From the NCBI GenBank assembly GCA_051362555.1, contig CM120648.1, positions 6,196,587 through 6,260,586 on the forward strand: a stretch of DNA of 64,000 nucleotides, given 5' to 3'. Below are positions 61,446-64,000 of the stretch, piece after piece (within the stretch, counting starts at the first letter, position 1; every line of letters begins with the position of its first letter). The notes under the pieces are model-generated. The model saw only the letters and a list, made by a program, of their open reading frames with translations, did not search any database and was not told where the DNA came from. The stretch comes from Lingula anatina. Lineage: Eukaryota; Animalia; Brachiopoda. The translations under genes were made by a program, and so were the position numbers.

Positions 61446-63866
61446 TCTTTAACTACAGGTCTGGATACTGTCAGTTCTAGATAATTGCATTGGCATGATG
61501 GAGTGCAGTGTAATTCAATGTCTCTGTGCAGAGCACTTAGTCGCTCAAGCTCCTTTTGTGTCCTTCCCTAATTTTTGGATCCACTTGCTGTTTGTGAGCA
61601 AAAGCAAAAATTCTGTTTGTGGTTAATCAGTGGGGATTTTTCTTTAAGCAAATAATTTTTTTTAACTAACTGAAGTAATTAGCATATTTTTATAATTCTT
61701 GCGTTTGGTTTTTTTTTTTTGTGAGTGAGATGATGCCTTTTGAGATTGTAGTGTCTTTTTATTTTTTGTTGTTTTCTCCTTTTTTTTTTTTTTTTTGGTG
61801 ATTAAGGTTACCACAATTATTCAAATTTTAAAATCCACATTGTTTTGTTTGCTTTTTTATCAAGATTTATGGCTTTGAGCTGTTATAAAAACAATACTTC
61901 TGAGATGAGCCAATGAAGGTTTCAATCATCACATGGCTTAGTACTGCAGAACTAGCATCAGTATTGTAGCATAAGTAGTGGGAGTCTATGGCTCTGCCCA
62001 CTGCCTGTATTGACTCATATATTTGTGTATTGATCTTCATTGCTTTCAGGTGTTCATCTATTCGAAATAGTTTATAATAAACAATGTATCTGCTCATGCA
62101 GTTTGAGAATAGTTGTTATGACATTGGAAACCTTATCTCGTTCTCAGGTCATTTAGTACCAGTAATTTCAGCTTTTAACATTAGATTTTCTGTTTTGAGG
62201 TTTGAAGATAATTGTTCATAATATTGATAATATGAAGTTGTTTATAGTATACTAGTACTTCATAATCTGTTAGTCAGCACACAGCTTTTCATCACGGTTT
62301 TTACTTCAGATATAATTTTTACTTAAAGTGTCAATTAACAGTGCATAAAAGAAAATATCTGCAAAATACATTTATATCAGTACACTATTTTGCCTTATAT
62401 CCATTCACAATCAGGTATTGGTTCGATCCCTGACGCGGTCCTGGCGGCACTGTGGAGTCACCGAGATCTTGGAATCCACACGGAGATGTTCAGCGATGGT
62501 GTCGTAGATCTCGTAGAAGCTGGCGCCATCACAAATGCCAGGAAGACAATCCATCCTGGAAAAATTGTCGGGGGTTTTGCAGTTGGTACACAGCGTCTGT
62601 ATGACTTCATGGATAATAATCCTTTTATAGGTGAGCCTGAGAGAAAATAGGCTAGAAAGAGACTGGCTTTTTTTTTAGAATGTGATTGGATATTTTTTAT
62701 CTGAACCTATTTTTGTTAATGAGTAAGACAATCTTTTGATTATTTCAAATGAAAAAGGAAAAGAAGATATGTTTTGTCAAATTTTAGTCATTAGAATAAT
62801 GTATGTTGACCTTGAAAAAAAAAACATATAAATTTAATTAATTTTTTAAAAAATCTTTTTAAAATTTTAGTGATGTTGGACATTGCATTTGTAAACAACA
62901 CCGCAATAATTAGCCAGAATCCCAAAGTGACGGCAATCAACTCGTGTATTGAGATTGACTTGACAGGACAGGTGTGTGCAGACTCCATCGGAACTAGAAT
63001 GTATTCAGGCAAGTTTTACACTGATATTTATTTTTGTGTGGCTCAGCATGATTTTATAAGTATAACCTAAGATTTGTTTGTTCATTTAACTTTGTATCTG
63101 TATTCACAGTAGAATTTTTGACTATCACAACATACGAAAACTGTTAAAACGTGCATATATTTGGTTGAATTCAATAGTTCTCCCCTTCAAAAAGCCAAAA
63201 TTTCAAAATTTATAAGGCATCAAGAACTTTTTATTAATATTTTGAGCTAGTCATAATGTAAGAGAGTATAGGACAGAATCATCTTGGCTTTTTTTTTAAT
63301 CAGTATTGATTTTCTCAGAAGCAATCATATTCACATTTCCCACAGACTTCTTGTTATTCCTGTTTGAACATAAATTCAATTTGCTGCTTTCATTAGAAAG
63401 ATGGTTGCTATGGCAATGAATGATAAGTTCACCTTTTGCTAAGTGTCAAATTTCCTAACAGTGATACTGATTATCACCAGTTCTTCTGTATTTTACTTAA
63501 AGCCAGGTGGAAGGTGTGTTAATATGACTGGTTGATTGCATTCAGCGAGAGTCCCCAGGGAGTTGGGTTGGGTTGATCCACGTAGACTGTTGGTGTCTAT
63601 GGGAATGGGGCCTAAGATTCAGAAAAAAAATTTATAATGTGACCTATTGACCTGTTTGACTATGCCGTAGGTGGTAAAAATATATGTATGAGTGATCGCT
63701 ACATTTTCAATAAGTGTTTTTCTATTGGTTTCTGAAGGTGTGGGTGGCCAGATAGACTTTTTGCGTGGAGCAGCTTTGAGTGTGGATGGTCTTGGGAAAC
63801 CCATCCTAGCACTGCCATCTGTGACCAAGAATGGGGAGAGTAAAATTGTACCCTATCTGAAGAAAG
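55924..63866 (+). CDS. Mitochondrial acetyl-CoA hydrolase / 4-hydroxybutyrate CoA-transferase family protein (ASCT-like), 3' truncated by window; exons 55924-56107, 57566-57718, 59647-59886, 60132-60320, 62415-62630, 62871-63008, 63738-63866
   Basis: Basic transit-peptide-like N-terminus. Motifs SAEEAVAVVRSG, VFVHGGAATP, RCNSFFIGANCR, PIFLSEIP, PDQHGFCTLGPSVDC, NPNMPRTFGDG, DGATLQMGIGSIPDAVL, catalytic-Glu motif HTEMFSDG, AINSCIEIDLTGQVCADSIG and GVGGQIDFLRGA. Confidence 0.93.
57930..57994. mobile_element. Tiny Harbinger-like foldback relic
   Basis: TAA-GGCTCTATTCCCAGAG ... CTCTGGAAATGGGGTG-TAA with a doubled internal palindrome AGATCGATCT. Confidence 0.45.
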
Positions 63867-64000
63867 GTAAGGTGGTCAGTCATATTGTATTTTTAAATGG
63901 AGGTGGACTTTTTTTTAGCAAAACTTAATTCCCTTACGTCCCAAGAAATATTTACCCATGAATCAGAATGTCTACGGTTTGACAGGATCCAATGTTGCTT

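Noticed and set aside
55924-63866. Recent bacterial HGT or contamination for the CoA-transferase
   Set aside because: Has multiple spliceosomal introns and a transit peptide, and the family is widespread in invertebrates.

Overview
AT-rich, intron-containing invertebrate animal DNA (lophotrochozoan, probably mollusc; inferred from gene content and TE types, not proven). I assembled exons by hand from splice signals and phases; coordinates may be a few nt off. Six spliced genes form three head-to-head pairs. Pair 1 is a MAJIN-like meiotic telomere-attachment gene (-) and heparan sulfate C5-epimerase GLCE (+). Pair 2 is a CARD caspase-2/9-like gene (-) and tRNA pseudouridine synthase PUS3 (+). 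Pair 3, more widely spaced, is a ~22-kb, ~30-exon gene (-) and a mitochondrial acetyl-CoA hydrolase/4-hydroxybutyrate-CoA transferase family gene (+, runs off the window, has a GC-AG intron). The 22-kb gene is the standout. It appears to encode one ~2,200-aa type I membrane protein: signal peptide, prodomain, furin site, M12B/ADAMTS-like Zn protease, four CxYGD Cys repeats, two recently duplicated CAP-EGF-ShKT-like cassettes, a long Thr mucin stalk, SEA, two EGFs, TM and a Tyr-rich tail. Introns carry two Helentron/HINE-like elements with internal satellites, several MITEs with readable TIRs/TSDs, exon-boundary-derived repeats and microsatellites. No rRNA, tRNA or CRISPR array was found.
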